Assembly: GCA_030390025.1 (NCBI GenBank)
Contig: CM059432.1
Span: 64,172,001 to 64,236,000 of the forward strand
DNA from: Squalus acanthias
Taxonomy: Eukaryota
DNA length: 64,000 nucleotides
Direction: 5' to 3'
Shown here: in pieces, positions 38,334 through 49,947 of the stretch
Layout: the number at the start of each line of letters is the position of its first letter
How positions within the stretch are numbered: the first letter of the stretch is position 1
Notes under the pieces: generated by a model
Told to the model about the DNA's origin: nothing
The model's database searches: none
Seen by the model: the letters and a program-made list of their open reading frames with translations, nothing else
Program-made: the position numbers and the translations under genes

Positions 38334-40186
38334 CTACAAGGTGGTTCCCCAGTGGATGCAGCAAGGGTGGTTGAAGGCTACTGACCTCCAATTGGGGAGA
38401 CTGCAGATGGCGACTTCAAGCAGCTCTGGTATTAGAGGGCCCGGCTTCAAACTGCACCATTTCGGCCTGGGCTGCAGTATTCTGGGATAGCTGGCTGACA
38501 GGCAACAGCAAGGGTGCTGGTGAAGGGGCAGGGCTGGAGCAAGAATGATGTCATCCTGAGGGAGGACAGCAGATTCGTGCTCCATGGAGCCACTGCCACT
38601 CTCCTGGGGCGGCACCTCAGAAATCCTACTGATCTGTTGGAGAACAGATTAATGGACTGCTGTGATGTCCTGGAAGCCCCTTTGAACGGTGGTATCCAAA
38701 GCCATGATGACAGTAGTCTGAGCTTCCACTACAGCACTCAGACCTTTCATGGAAGCTGTTTGCGCTGTACTGGATGCTGTGACATCAGCCACCAAAAGCT
38801 GCATCATGGTGGGTTCCACAGGTATGCTGATGGAGGTGATCACCTGTTCCATGTTGGAAAGGATGAGCTCCAAGCTCTGCCCAAATCCCTGAGCCAAGTT
38901 GGTGCTTGACTTCTCCATGCCACTAGGAGCAGTCTTTCTGGCAAGCTTTCCAGTGCATCAAGCATTTGGTTATGTACACCCATCAGCCTTCTTTTGTAGT
39001 CTGGCCCATCAAAGTACTCATCTGACTCCTCTGCAGCAGAAGTTCAGATTGCACCATCTCGACCTGGGCTGCAGCAGTCTGGACTGGCTTGCTGGCAGGC
39101 AACAGAAAGGGCACTGGCGGAGTGGCAGGGGTGGGATCTTCCCCTCTGGTGAGCTGGCACCTGCACTATCCTTTCCCACTGCCCTGGCTCCTGCACTCTT
39201 GTGCCTGGTGTCTCCCTCCTGTATCCTATCCTCTAAAATACACGCAATGTCAGTCTCTGAGCTGGTGGCTCTGACTGTAAGATCGAGTGATGGTGTCTCT
39301 TCATCTTCACTGTCTTCTTCTTCCTACTCCTCCACTGACTGGGAAGGTTCTAGTTCTTGGGTATCTGATATGAAAAAGGGACAAGGGTTGGGTTATGGTG
39401 AGGGGAGAGGAGAAAGTAAAAAGTGCGTGCTTACACCATCTGCAGCTTGTGAGTCAGAAGGATTGTGGAATGAGGGAGAAGTAGGAAGAGAGAAGGAGGA
39501 TTAGGTATGCAGACACCCTCATCATTGATCCCTCCAGCCCTGTTAATGGCCATGGCCTCAGTGATGCCCCTTCTCATGATGGCCAGCACTGTCTCCTCCA
39601 TGGGGTTAAAACATGCAGGTACGCTTGTCCTCCTCCAGTTCTTTCCTGCTGCCTGCTGTTGTGTGCCACCCTCGCCTGCAAGAAAGAGGGAAGTGTGTCA
39701 GTGAATGTCATGCAATATATTTGGGTGATGTGGCTGTCCTGGTGCATAGCTGCCAGTGTGTGCGTGCTGTGAGTTGTGGGTGCAAGGCTTGCAACAGTGC
39801 TAAGTGTGTGAGGGTGAAGTAAACCATTTCAATGGTAGGGTTGTGTACTGATTGATAGAGATTGTTGGTAGGTGGGTGATGGGGGTGCTGAGAATTGATC
39901 AGTGGATGAGGCAAGTGGTACAGTTGGTAGGATATGCTATTTGAAGATGAACTAACTCACCTTGACAACTCGTGTTAGATAATTACATTTCTTCCTGCAC
40001 TGCATCCATATTCTTGGAGCAACACTCCTGGCGTGGATTTCTGCCACTACTTGTTCCCACTGCCTCCTGAGCATATGTCTGGAGGGTCACCTGCCCCACT
40101 GTGGATACAGGACATTTCTCCTTCTTTCCACCTTTTCCATCAAGACCTGAAAACCTTGGTGCTCGTTCTCTCGCATGTTCAGCCAT
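38334..40186 (-). pseudogene. Harbinger Myb/SANT-like gene, multi-exon, decayed
   Basis: MAEHARERAPRFS...TWMQCRKK; GTGAGT donor at 39960; polypyrimidine-AG acceptors near 39677 and 39365; acidic and coiled-coil-like downstream part. Confidence 0.75.
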
Positions 40187-40866
40187 TGCTCAAAGTATCA
40201 CAGCCCAGATTGCCTTTTGAAAAAAAAAACACTTCTTGCAGCCACAATGCACCTCCCAAAGAGGTGCAGGCTGTCTTTAAGTAACTAGCCATTCGAGACA
40301 TTGGGCCCCCTGCTGATGTGTGCAGCCAATGAAGAGTGTCCATGATGTTTTACTGGAAATCACACCTGTGAACAAGCCAACGACGACTCGAGTCTGGATG
40401 ACTCTACGTCAGGTGGGATTACATGTAGCGTGACATGAACCCAAGATCCCGGTTGAAGCCGTCCTCATGGGTGCTCAACTTGGCTATCAGTTTCTGCTCG
40501 ATGATTTTGCGTTGTCGTGTGTCTTGAAGGCCGCCTTGGAGAACGCTTACCCGAAGATCCGAGGCTGAATGTTCTTGACTGCTGAAGTGTTCCCCGACTG
40601 GGAGGTAACAATCCTGCCTGGCGATTGTTGCGCGGTGACCGTTCATATGTTGTCGCAGTGTCTGCATGGTCTCGCCGATGTACCATGCTCCGGGGCATCC
40701 TTTCCTGCAACGTACGAGGCAGACAACGTTGGCCGAGTCACATGAGTATGTACCATGTACCTGGTGGGTAGTCTCCTCACGTGTGATGATGGTATCTGTG
40801 TTGATGATCTGGCATGTCTTGCAGAGGTTGCCGTGGCAGGGTTGTGTGGTGTCGTGGTCGCTGTTC

Positions 40867-41339
40867 GCAGCAAATTACCCAGCTTTCAGGAGAACAGCGA
40901 CCACGACACCACACAACCCTGCCACGGCAACCTCTGCAAGACATGCCAGATCATCAACACAGATACCACCATCACACGTGAGGACACCACCCACCAGGTA
41001 CATGGTACATACTCATGTGACTCGGCCAACGTTGTCTACCTCATACATTGCAGGAAAGGATGCTCCGGAGCATGGTACATCGGCGAGACCATGCAGACAC
41101 TGCGACAATGTATGAACGGACACCGCGCAACAATCGCCAGGCAGGAGTGTTACCTCCCAGTCGGGGAACACTTCAGCAGTCAAGGACATTCAGCCTCGGA
41201 TCTTTGGGTAAGCGTTCTCCAAGGCGACCTTCGAGACACACGACAACGCAAAATCATCGAGCAGAAACTGATAGCCAAGTTCTGCACCCATGAGGACGGC
41301 CTCAACCGGGATCTTGGGTTCATGTCATGCTACATGTAA
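40867..41339 (+). pseudogene. Penelope GIY-YIG endonuclease, C-terminal ORF fragment
   Basis: PCHGNLCKTC linker, NVVYLIHC...WYIGET, R..GH, EHF, EQKLI, GLN. Confidence 0.92.
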
Positions 41340-41669
41340 CCCCACCTGACGTAGAGTCATCCAGACTCGAGTCGTCGTTGGCTTGTTCATAGATGTGATT
41401 TCCAGTAAAAAAAGTAAAAAGTTTAAAGTTTTTGGTTTTCCATACAGACTGCAGCATCTGACACATTAGTCCCCTGTGACCCCACCTCATTGTCTGAGTT
41501 GTATTTTGTTATGTCTTTGATATAATGTCTTCCTGACTGACCTGATTGTCTCTCTGCCGAGGTGTGATAAAAGGCAGTCAGAAAGATTAACTGTAGTCGT
41601 CTGACATTGTACGCTACACAGGCATTGTTCTCTGTCTATATATGCTGTGCCGATTTGTATTTCTTCACT

Positions 41670-41707
41670 TCACCTGACGAAGGAGCAGCCGCTCCGAAAG
41701 CTTGTGA
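41670..41707 (+). ncRNA. Minimal type-I hammerhead ribozyme motif, family A
   Basis: tcac-CTGACGA-a-ggagc(agcc)gctcc-GAA-AGCT-T-gtga. Confidence 0.8.
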
Positions 41708-41949
41708 TTTCAAATAAAACTGTTGGACTATAACCTGGTGTTGTGCGACTTCTCAATGAAGAGTGTGGGGAGCATTGGCTGTATGCAGCAATCATTTAAA
41801 AGAGTAGGCAGCACCAATTTAACATGCTGCCTGCAATGCAATGAACGGACGCGAGTTAATCGCGTACCGCAATCCCCATGCCCGTTTTCGGAGTTAGCCA
41901 ATTTTTCCCCCTATGACTTTAGGCCTCATTACTTATAAGAGCACGAATC

Positions 41950-42365
41950 CACCACCTTAAACATTCACTCCCTCCACCACCAGCGCACCGTGGCTGCAGT
42001 GTGTACTATCTATAAGATGCAGTGCAGCAACTTGCCAAGTCTTTTTCGACAGCACCTCCCAAACCCGCGACCTCTACCACCTGGAAGGACAAGGGCAGCA
42101 GACGCATGGGAACACCAACGCCTGCAAGTTCCCCTCCAAGTCACACACCATCCTGACTTGGAAATATATCGTCGTTCCTTCATAGTCGCTGGGTCAAAAT
42201 CCTGGAACTCACTCCCTAACAGCACTATGGGAGTACCTTCACCACATGGACTGCAGCGGTTCAAGAAGGTGGCTCACCACCGCCTTCTCAAGGGCAATTA
42301 GGGATGGGCAATAAATGCTGGCCTTGCCAGCAGCGCCCACATCCCATGAACGAATAATAAAAAAA
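41950..42365 (+). mobile_element. 3' end of the second CR1-group LINE family
   Basis: SKSWNSLP...FKKVAHHRLLKGN; reverse copy at 58402-58800. Confidence 0.88.
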
Positions 42366-42656
42366 ATCATGTTTTCCATACTTCCAATTCAGGCTCATGC
42401 CCTATTGGAAAAGCTTGTGAATGTACAAATTTAAATGTAGCTTGATATCCCTTAACATATGCTCCATGTTTCAAGTTGCTTTGCATATAGTGTTGCTGGC
42501 ATTATTAAACGACTTATCGGTTTCACAATATATTAGGAGAAACATGAATAAGTGTTGAAGTACTTATCCACTATTACCTAATCAGCAATCCAAGAATTAG
42601 TCATAGCTATACTACAAATTTATCTATCAAGCTATTATAGTGGGCATCCCGAAGAT

Positions 42657-43012
42657 ACAGGAAACTCTTTGGTATCTGGCACCGACGAGACCGGGATGGT
42701 GCCGGTTGATTAAAAATTCCGGATAACGGAGAGGTATATCTACCGAGGCTATTTTTAACTAACAAAAATAAAAAAATCAAGAAATGTGCAGTATAATTGG
42801 GTACTCCCCGACAGAATGTTGTGTTAACTGGATGGTGGAAGATGCTTGATTAAGTACAGTAATGCCAGTTGAGGGTAATCCATAACTCTTTAATTACTTA
42901 ACAGTAAAACAAAACTTATAAACGACTGTATACTGTAGTTTTCGGAGTATGAATTCTGCCGGTTATTGGAGAATTCCGGATATTTAGGTGCCGTTTAAAC
43001 GAGAGTTCCCAC
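42657..43012. mobile_element. Probable Tc1/mariner-pogo (Tigger-like) MITE
   Basis: ta-CAGGAAACTCT start, AGAGTTCC near the end; repeated subterminal tccggata and gccggtt motifs. Confidence 0.45.
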
Positions 43013-43254
43013 ATTAGAATTTTTTTTTTTTTACTCACGGGTTGGATAAATGTGGGAAACAATTTGACAGGAAGGTTAGTGGCGAGCAAGTATTAGGGTC
43101 ATTCAAAATGCAATTAAAGGCTAATGTGGAAGAGCTGGTAATTAGAGATATGAGTTTTGGTGACTGAATAGCCATTTCATGTCTGAGACTTTTCTAATAT
43201 TTTTATGACCGAAGATGCACAGCAATTCCTATTTTAGCACACTTCATCTGAGAA

Positions 43255-43865
43255 TTTGAGAAGCTGTCAAACACTGACATTCTCTGTTGTTTGGTGAGTT
43301 CTTGTACTCAAGACTCAACAAAACTATTTCCTGAGCAGAAATCAGATGGCTGTTGCATTGGAGAATGCAGCAGCCATTCTGTCATCTCTGCCATTGAGAT
43401 GTCGGAGCCTCCGCATCCCCAACGATTGAAGCCTGCAGGAAGAAACAAAGGTAAGGTAACTTTTTCTAACACTTTTCACTTACCTCACATACTTACCTCT
43501 CCACACTTGCACCCATCACTCACCTCCACAGCGCAGTTTTCGACCCCTCCAACCCCCGCAGACCCACTGCTCGCCTCGCTGACCCTGGCGGGGTTTCCCG
43601 ACGTTGGGAAGCCCGCACTTGTGTTGGTAAAATGGGGATAATCCTCTTAACTGCCTGTTAACTACCTGTTAACAGGCAGTTAAGTGGCTGTAATCCCCTT
43701 CCCGCCTCCAGGAGACGGGACCTGATGCGGGTCGGGTACCCGCCTCCTGGGAAGATGGCACGGAGGCGGGTTGGGGGCGGAATGGGTACCCGCTCCCAGA
43801 TTCTGCCATTTTCCCGGCAGTCCCGCCTCCAAACCCACCTCCCCAGGGCTGGCAAAATTGCCCCC
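43255..43865 (+). mobile_element. Partial copy of the 32710-33553 MITE
   Basis: High similarity to 32950-33553; ends CAAAATTGCCCCC. Confidence 0.85.
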
Positions 43866-43961
43866 AGAGTAATAAATAGGCAAAAGACCAAAAAGAGTGC
43901 ACATCCAAATTTTTATATTACTCCTGAAAAGCTGTGAGTAAGATGATGTCTGCGGATAGAT

Positions 43962-44120
43962 GGGGCGGATTTTGAACTTGCCGCCCAGGCGTAATCCTGG
44001 CGTTGCGAATTGGCCGCCCATTATAGAAATCAATGGAAGTGAACATTGGGAAGTTTCTACAATGGATGGCTGATCCGCAACGCCAGTTTTACGGCTGGGC
44101 AGTAAGTTCAAAAATTGGCC
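43962..44120. mobile_element. Short palindromic MITE
   Basis: Imperfect arms of about 65 bp: ttttgaacttgccgcccag / ctgggcagtaagttcaaaa. Confidence 0.75.
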
Positions 44121-44304
44121 TCTCAGATGTAGAAGGGGAGAGTTTGGCCTGCTCACTAGGTGTAACAACCTTGTAAATGCATTCTTTTTGAGTGGATTTA
44201 CAACGTTGTACACAGTGAGCAGAGCAACTATCATCTTCCTTATAAAAACAGAAAATGCTGGAAATACTCAGCAGGTCAGACAGCATCTGTGGAGAGAGAA
44301 ACAG

Positions 44305-44341
44305 AGTTAACGTTTCAGGTCGATGACCCTTCGTCAGAACT
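44305..44341 (-). ncRNA. Minimal hammerhead motif, family B
   Basis: Minus strand: agtt-CTGACGA-a-gggtc(atc)gacct-GAA-ACGT-T-aact. Confidence 0.8.
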
Positions 44342-44551
44342 GGAAAAAGTTGGAGATGGAGCAGGTTTTTAAGTAAGTGTAGGGGCAGGGAAAGGGGGGA
44401 GGGGAGGAAAGAACAAAAAGGGAAGGTCTGTGATAGGATGGAAGGCAGGAGAGATTAAGAAACCTTCCTCTTTGTTCTTTCCTCTCCACCCCTCCCCCCT
44501 TTCCCTGCCCCTACACTTGCTTAAAAACCTGTTCCATCTCCAACTTTTTCC

Positions 44552-44588
44552 AGTTCTGACGAAGGGTCATCGACCTGAAACATTAACT
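44552..44588 (+). ncRNA. Minimal hammerhead motif, family B, stem III mutated
   Basis: Same as 44305-44341 but ACAT instead of ACGT. Confidence 0.65.
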
Positions 44589-45329
44589 CTGTTTCTCTCT
44601 CCACAGATGCTGCCTGACCTGCTGAGTATTTCCAGCATTTTCTGTTTTTATTTCAGATTTCCAGCATCCGCAGTATTTTGCTTTTGTATTATCTCCCTTC
44701 AAGTGTATCTGTGCACTTTATCCATAGTAGCTGAATTCTTAATGGAATAATTAACACATTTAGTAACACAGATTGAAGCATAAACAAGTTAATCTGTCCA
44801 TTTTATGGATCTCCTTTCTCATGCTCTGCACGGGTCAGAAAATCCAGCCCTGATCTTGTGTACCTGTCTCATGTCATGCACAATCTGCTCATGACCAAAC
44901 ATGTTAGGCTGCACTATAGGCATGTGCAGGTCTCATTGGAGTTAATTAAAACAGATCCCACACCAAATCTTCTGACTTCATGCTAAACTCCAACCAAAGC
45001 GCACACCTCACCATATAAAATGGAAGCATGGAAGTCCTCGTACTTGGCCTGCTGAAACAGGCTTCTTAAACGGAAGATGACGGTTTTGGTTGGTGGTAAA
45101 AAAAAATTGTGGTTTTACGTACATTTTTCTGGATTTTGTTCAATTAATTAGTTGATTTTGCTGAGTAGGCTGCAATTATTGCATTCTTTGACTTTTTATC
45201 CTGCCAGTACTTCCCTTCAATATTCTTGGTTATCACTGATATTTAATTTGCACCATATAAAAGGGTAAGGCTGGATATTTGTTTGGGTGTTCTGATCATG
45301 CTGCAGATTTAAAGGAGGAGCCAACAAAT

Positions 45330-45745
45330 GCAGATGCGATGATACATGAGGTGTCTTGTCCACACCCATCACTACCCTAGGGCCCATGTACGTAGACCCC
45401 TCCACATGTACATGGACACACCAGTGGAGACCGGTCTTCACAACCTCTGCTTCACAAGATTTGTACAATCTGCTACAGGATGACATGCAGTCAACATCTG
45501 GAACAGGTAGGCTTTGCCTATAGAAGGGAAGCCTTCAATCCACCACATAGGACGTGTATAACATGTGTACACACCTGTATCAAGCAATTGCCAGTTGCTA
45601 TATTTGAAGTAGGACCACTTTCATCACTTTTCCTATGGAAAGGAGATATCAACTAGACCGTATGCATAGTTTCACCAGGTGGTAGATTTCCCTCTAGTGC
45701 AGGGCATTGTAGACACCAATGTAGGTATCAGTGCTTTTCGTATCA
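45330..45745 (+). pseudogene. Decayed Harbinger transposase
   Basis: Manual translation DLYNLLQDDMQSTS...FITFPM...FPLVQGIVD parallels 37190-37500. Confidence 0.6.
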
Positions 45746-45767
45746 ACCTCATTGCACTCAATTGCTA

Positions 45768-45960
45768 ACAAAAAGCAAAACAAACTGCAGATGCTGATAA
45801 TCTGAAACAAAATTTGAAACTGCTGGAAACACTCAGCAGTCAATCAGCATCTATGGAGAGAACAGTTGAGTTAACAGTTCAGATGTAGAACCTTCATGAG
45901 AACTGGAAGTTAATACAGATGAACAGCATTTAAAAAGGAACAGAAGGAGGAAGAAAGAGA
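45768..45960 (-). mobile_element. Decayed family B Penelope-type terminal repeat
   Basis: Resembles the reverse complement of 44520-44690; hammerhead core is mutated. Confidence 0.7.
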
Positions 45961-46228
45961 ACACATACACGCGCACGCAGACACACGCACGCACAGACAC
46001 AGGAGAGAAAAAATAGAAAGGTGTGCAAAGTGCTTAATTGGAAAACAGGAGACAACTTCCATTGTTACCTGCCTTACCTCCCCTGCCTCAGATATTCACT
46101 GTCTCATAAATGTCTTTAATATCTTTGATTTCTTTCATTATGCCTCCTATTGTCTCAAGTTAATATCACTTCAGCCATTTAATAATTTCCTGTTTTCCAC
46201 TTAAGCACAGGTCAATCTATATCTTTTC

Positions 46229-46230
<2 letters not shown>

Positions 46231-46269
<39 letters not shown>

Positions 46270-46276
46270 TGTGTGT
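46231..46276 (+). repeat. (GT)n microsatellite
   Basis: About 23 units with one interruption. Confidence 0.95.
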
Positions 46277-46689
46277 AGACCTGACTTTGATGCAGAACAG
46301 AAATCAGGCGGGTAGGGGGAAAAGCGAATGCCAAAAACCCCAGCCCTTGGCAGCGTGAGGCCTGAGAGGTTTTAACCTCTCTCCATGCAGTTTGCACCTG
46401 GTCCATAATTGGTCTATTTTTCAGTCACAACTACAACTTTTCCTTTCACGGTGAACTGCAGCCCTTTAAGAACTGCAGCTTCATCAGATTTTTTACTCCC
46501 CAGCCAAGCCAAATTTTGAACGTGGCAGTAGCCTATACAAAATTAAGGGGATGGACACTGATTAGGAAATTCGGCACAGGCCGCCCTCTGCCAATGAGCC
46601 TGTGCTATGGGACATTCAACAACATTTGTAGCAGATTAGAAAATTAGGTGTTTTATTCCCTGCTTCAAATTGATTAGAAAGAATTAGAA

Positions 46690-47730
46690 AGACTGCAAAT
46701 CAAAGCTGGGGTTCTTTTCTCTAGAATAGAAAAGTCTGAAAAGTGACATGACAGAGGTCTTTAAAATTATGAAGAGGTTAGATAGAGTAGATGTTTCCAC
46801 TTGTGAGGGAGTCCAAAACTATGGGTCATAAATACAAAAAATAGTCACTAATAAATCCAGTAAGGAATTCAGGAGAATCTTTGGCCCAGATATTGACTGG
46901 GGCAAGTTTCGTAAGCAGGGGAGGGTGGGGGCAAGGAGTTTGTCAGGAAGCCCGGGTTTCCCCCCATGCTGTGGAGCAGGTAAGGAACCAGTTGCTGAAT
47001 TAGTGGGGGTGTCCGATCCCTGACCCCGGGGGTGCATCTGACCCTGGCGGTGGGGGGGGGGGGGGGGGTGATCTGATCCCAGGGGGTTCTTTGGATTGGC
47101 GGGGGGAGGGGGGATCTGAAGGCAGGGAAGAAGGTAGCTAGGCGTGCCGGGACTGGGGGTGGGGCAGAAGGGGAAGCACTCCTGATCCTCCTGGCCCACA
47201 AGCAGTGCTGAAAAGGCAGTTACCTTTTCCCTGAAGATGTCCGCACCTCCCTTGAGCTACTGGGTTTCCGGAGGCCTGGAAAACCCGGCCGCCCAGGGTT
47301 AAACCTGTAAGATAGGTTAAATGTGAGGCTCCCAGCCTCATTATAATATTTAAGTGGCCAACCCGCCTCCTGGGAGCGGGTTGGCTGCCCACCCCCGTCC
47401 CACCTCCATTAATCCTGGAAGTGGGCGGGTTGGGGTTGGGTTTGAAATTTTAGTAATTTTTACATCTCACCTGATCCCAACTCATACATTTTTGAGGGTT
47501 AAAATTACCTCCGAGAATGTGGAACATGGAGTGGTTGAGGCAAACATCATAGATGCATTTAAGGGGAATATAGACAAGTACATAAAGAGGAAGAAATAGA
47601 AGAAGAATATGTTGATGAGGTTAGATGAAGTAAAGTGAAGTAAATAGAGTGAGAGGAGGCTCATGTGAAGCATAAACACTGGCAAGGGTCGAATGGCCTG
47701 TTTCTGTGCTGAAAATGTAAATTCTATGTA
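46690..47730 (+). mobile_element. Old CR1 3' fragment split by a MITE at 46883-47512
   Basis: ttttctctagaa...aagtgacatg...ggtcataaata, then gtggttgaggca...ggtcgaatggcctgtttctgtgctg; MITE starts GGCCCAGATATT. Confidence 0.7.
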
Positions 47731-47832
47731 GCTATACATCAGCTAATTAAAGGAGCATGCAATCTAGCCTATTTTAAATGGAAGAACTGAACAGCATTTA
47801 TATTCGTTGTTTAGAATGACATTTTTTACAAT

Positions 47833-48574
47833 GGCCCAAAAATTCGTGAGTGAGCCTTCGTGCGAGGGTAAGGCCTCCCCGCGATCTCTCACTGCGCGCT
47901 GGCTTTTTCAGTCCGAGCTCGCACGAACTTGATGTTCTGGACAGCAGCTGTGCAGGGCTTCCGTATCCCACAGGCGTAGTTAATTCGTGCGAGCTGTGGG
48001 ATCACGTGACTCAGTTAGAGCCAATGGCAGCACACCATCTTTCATTCATAGCTTTCACATAAGTGCTGTGAAAGCTATGAATACTATACCCCCCCAAAAG
48101 AACAGCTAAACCTCAATTAAATTTAAAAAAAAACCATCACATTAATAAAATAAGTATAGTTAAATAAATTAACCATTTTAAACAAAAAATTAAATTTTTG
48201 AAAATTTTTAAATCTTTTAAAAAGTTATAAAAATAAACTTACCTGTCTTTAAAGTCTCTAAAAAAGATATACCTGTTAAAAAAAATTCAAAATAATACTT
48301 AATTAACTACTTACCTTGTTAAAAGAGGGTCTTACGCCTCCTTTCTTTATGTCTAAAATGTTCCATGCTTACCTGCGCGTCCAAAGCACTAAGTGCACTG
48401 CGTGCGCGCAGCCTGTAGCGCGCACGCAGTTCACCTAGGAACCGCCCCCTTTTGAATTCACCAAGTGCCGGTTTTCAGCGCATGCGCAGTGCATGCAGAA
48501 AACCGGCAATTGGAGACAGAATACGCGAGAGTATACAGTGCGTACTCTCGCGTAGCGGCACTAATTTTTGGGCC
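47833..48574. mobile_element. Harbinger-type MITE, probably young
   Basis: Perfect TIR GGCCCAAAAATT / AATTTTTGGGCC; TSD AAT; CpG-rich ends. Confidence 0.9.
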
Positions 48575-48618
48575 AATATTTCATACTTTATCACAACCAA
48601 TATAGTTCTAAAAATATA

Positions 48619-49070
48619 GGCCTAGAAATTCATCTCGGGCGGTGGCGCAGCACGGACAGCATCGGATAGGCCGCCCGTTATAGACAGCCCCGATATTCAG
48701 TTCCATTGCAGTTAACCTTTACAATGAGTTGAGGTTATTTTTGGCCCCTTTAAAAATGTTTATATTTATTTTTCAAAAAATTTAATTTGTTTTAAATGTT
48801 TAATTAAATTGTATTTTAATTAATTTGAACAGGTGATGATTTATTTTTATTTAAGTGCTGTGAAATGTATTTTTTAGGGGATTCCTAATTATGCTTATGG
48901 GGATTCTGTACGGAAATGGAATCCCCCTTTGTCATTGGTTGGGCCGGCCTATGTGATCCCAGGGACGCTTGCGAACCACATGCGCCCCTGGGATACGTGG
49001 GCCTTTACGCAGGCATACACTTGCAGGCCCAGTAGTGCAAGTGTTCGAAGGCCCGGAGCAATCAGGTAGT
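48619..49070 (+). mobile_element. Partial Harbinger-type MITE
   Basis: Starts GGCCTAGAAATT; 48925-49005 is similar to 50490-50570. Confidence 0.5.
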
Positions 49071-49499
49071 TGCTACCTAACAACTCATACCATCCACGGT
49101 TTGTGGGTAGGAGCAGGAAGTGACATTAGTCAGGTGGATAGGTCAGGAAATTGAATTGATGTCTTCATGAAGTCACACGACCCCAATTTGAACATATTTA
49201 TGAGGCTCCTAAATGCTTTGGATGGGAGCTCTGGTCACCAGGAATCCCCACACAGGAAAATCTTGAACAGGCTAATGATTGCGGGCTGTAATTTTATTGC
49301 AGTCGTTAGCCTGTTCAAGATAAATGTGTTAACAACTGTATTAAATTAAAACAGGCAAGAAGTTAACATGAGCGTATTACCAATGTGCTCAAAATAGACC
49401 AAACTAAATTCATTTGTATTTCTGACTTCAAATGATTTTACAAAACTCAAAGCAACCCATAACAAAGTAAACTAGCCAGGATTAGACTTCATTTAATGA

Positions 49500-49576
49500 T
49501 AAGTCGCACAACACCAGGTTATAGTCCAACAGATTTATTTAAAATTACAAGCTTTCGGAGCTGTTGCCCCTTCGAC
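49500..49576 (-). mobile_element. Short family A Penelope terminal fragment with a partial hammerhead
   Basis: gtcgcacaacaccaggttatagtccaacag...caagctttcggagc; the CTGA core is missing. Confidence 0.8.
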
Positions 49577-49947
49577 GGAGCTTATTTTTTGAACAGACAG
49601 AAAAACTATTGAAACCTTGTGCATGTTGATGTAAATCACAATGTGAGGGTGTCAAGATGTGAAATTTCACAGTAATGTGAAACTCGTACCACTTTCTTGC
49701 TTTAAAGTGGATGAGAATGTAAGGTGCTGTAACATAGGTATAGATGGAGAGGTTACTGGAATTGTTTATTAACACATATTAAAAACAATTGGCTTTCTTT
49801 CATAGTGGAGTCTGGTAAATGAAAGTCTTGTGAGAAACTGGCAGCTGAGTTTGCATATGGAGATAATGAACAGCACTAAGAATGAAACAGGGAAAGGATT
49901 CTTGCTGTCACTTGGTTTTCCAGAGCTATTGCTTAGGGCTTAATAAT

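Larger units (their letters stand above)
40340..41753. mobile_element. Penelope-like element, inverted arrangement
   Basis: Arms about 40348-40866 and 40892-41409; 13 bp TSD CAATGAAGAGTGT at 40327-40339 and 41754-41766. Confidence 0.92.
36459..41911 (+). mobile_element. Two-gene PIF/Harbinger DNA transposon carrying a Penelope insertion
   Basis: TIRs GGGGAGAAATTGG / CCAATTTTTCCCCC; convergent transposase and Myb/SANT genes. Confidence 0.88.
44242..44690. mobile_element. Non-coding fold-back Penelope-type terminal repeat, family B
   Basis: Arms about 44242-44418 and 44471-44651, plus a tail of about 40 nt; TSD-like atcttcctt / atctccctt. Confidence 0.8.

Noticed and set aside
40666..41115. 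ORFs spanning the Penelope inversion junction
   Set aside because: Chimeric frames created by the palindrome; only the GIY-YIG frame is meaningful.
45865..45906. Eighth hammerhead
   Set aside because: Core mutated (CTCATGA, GAAC); counted as a relic only.
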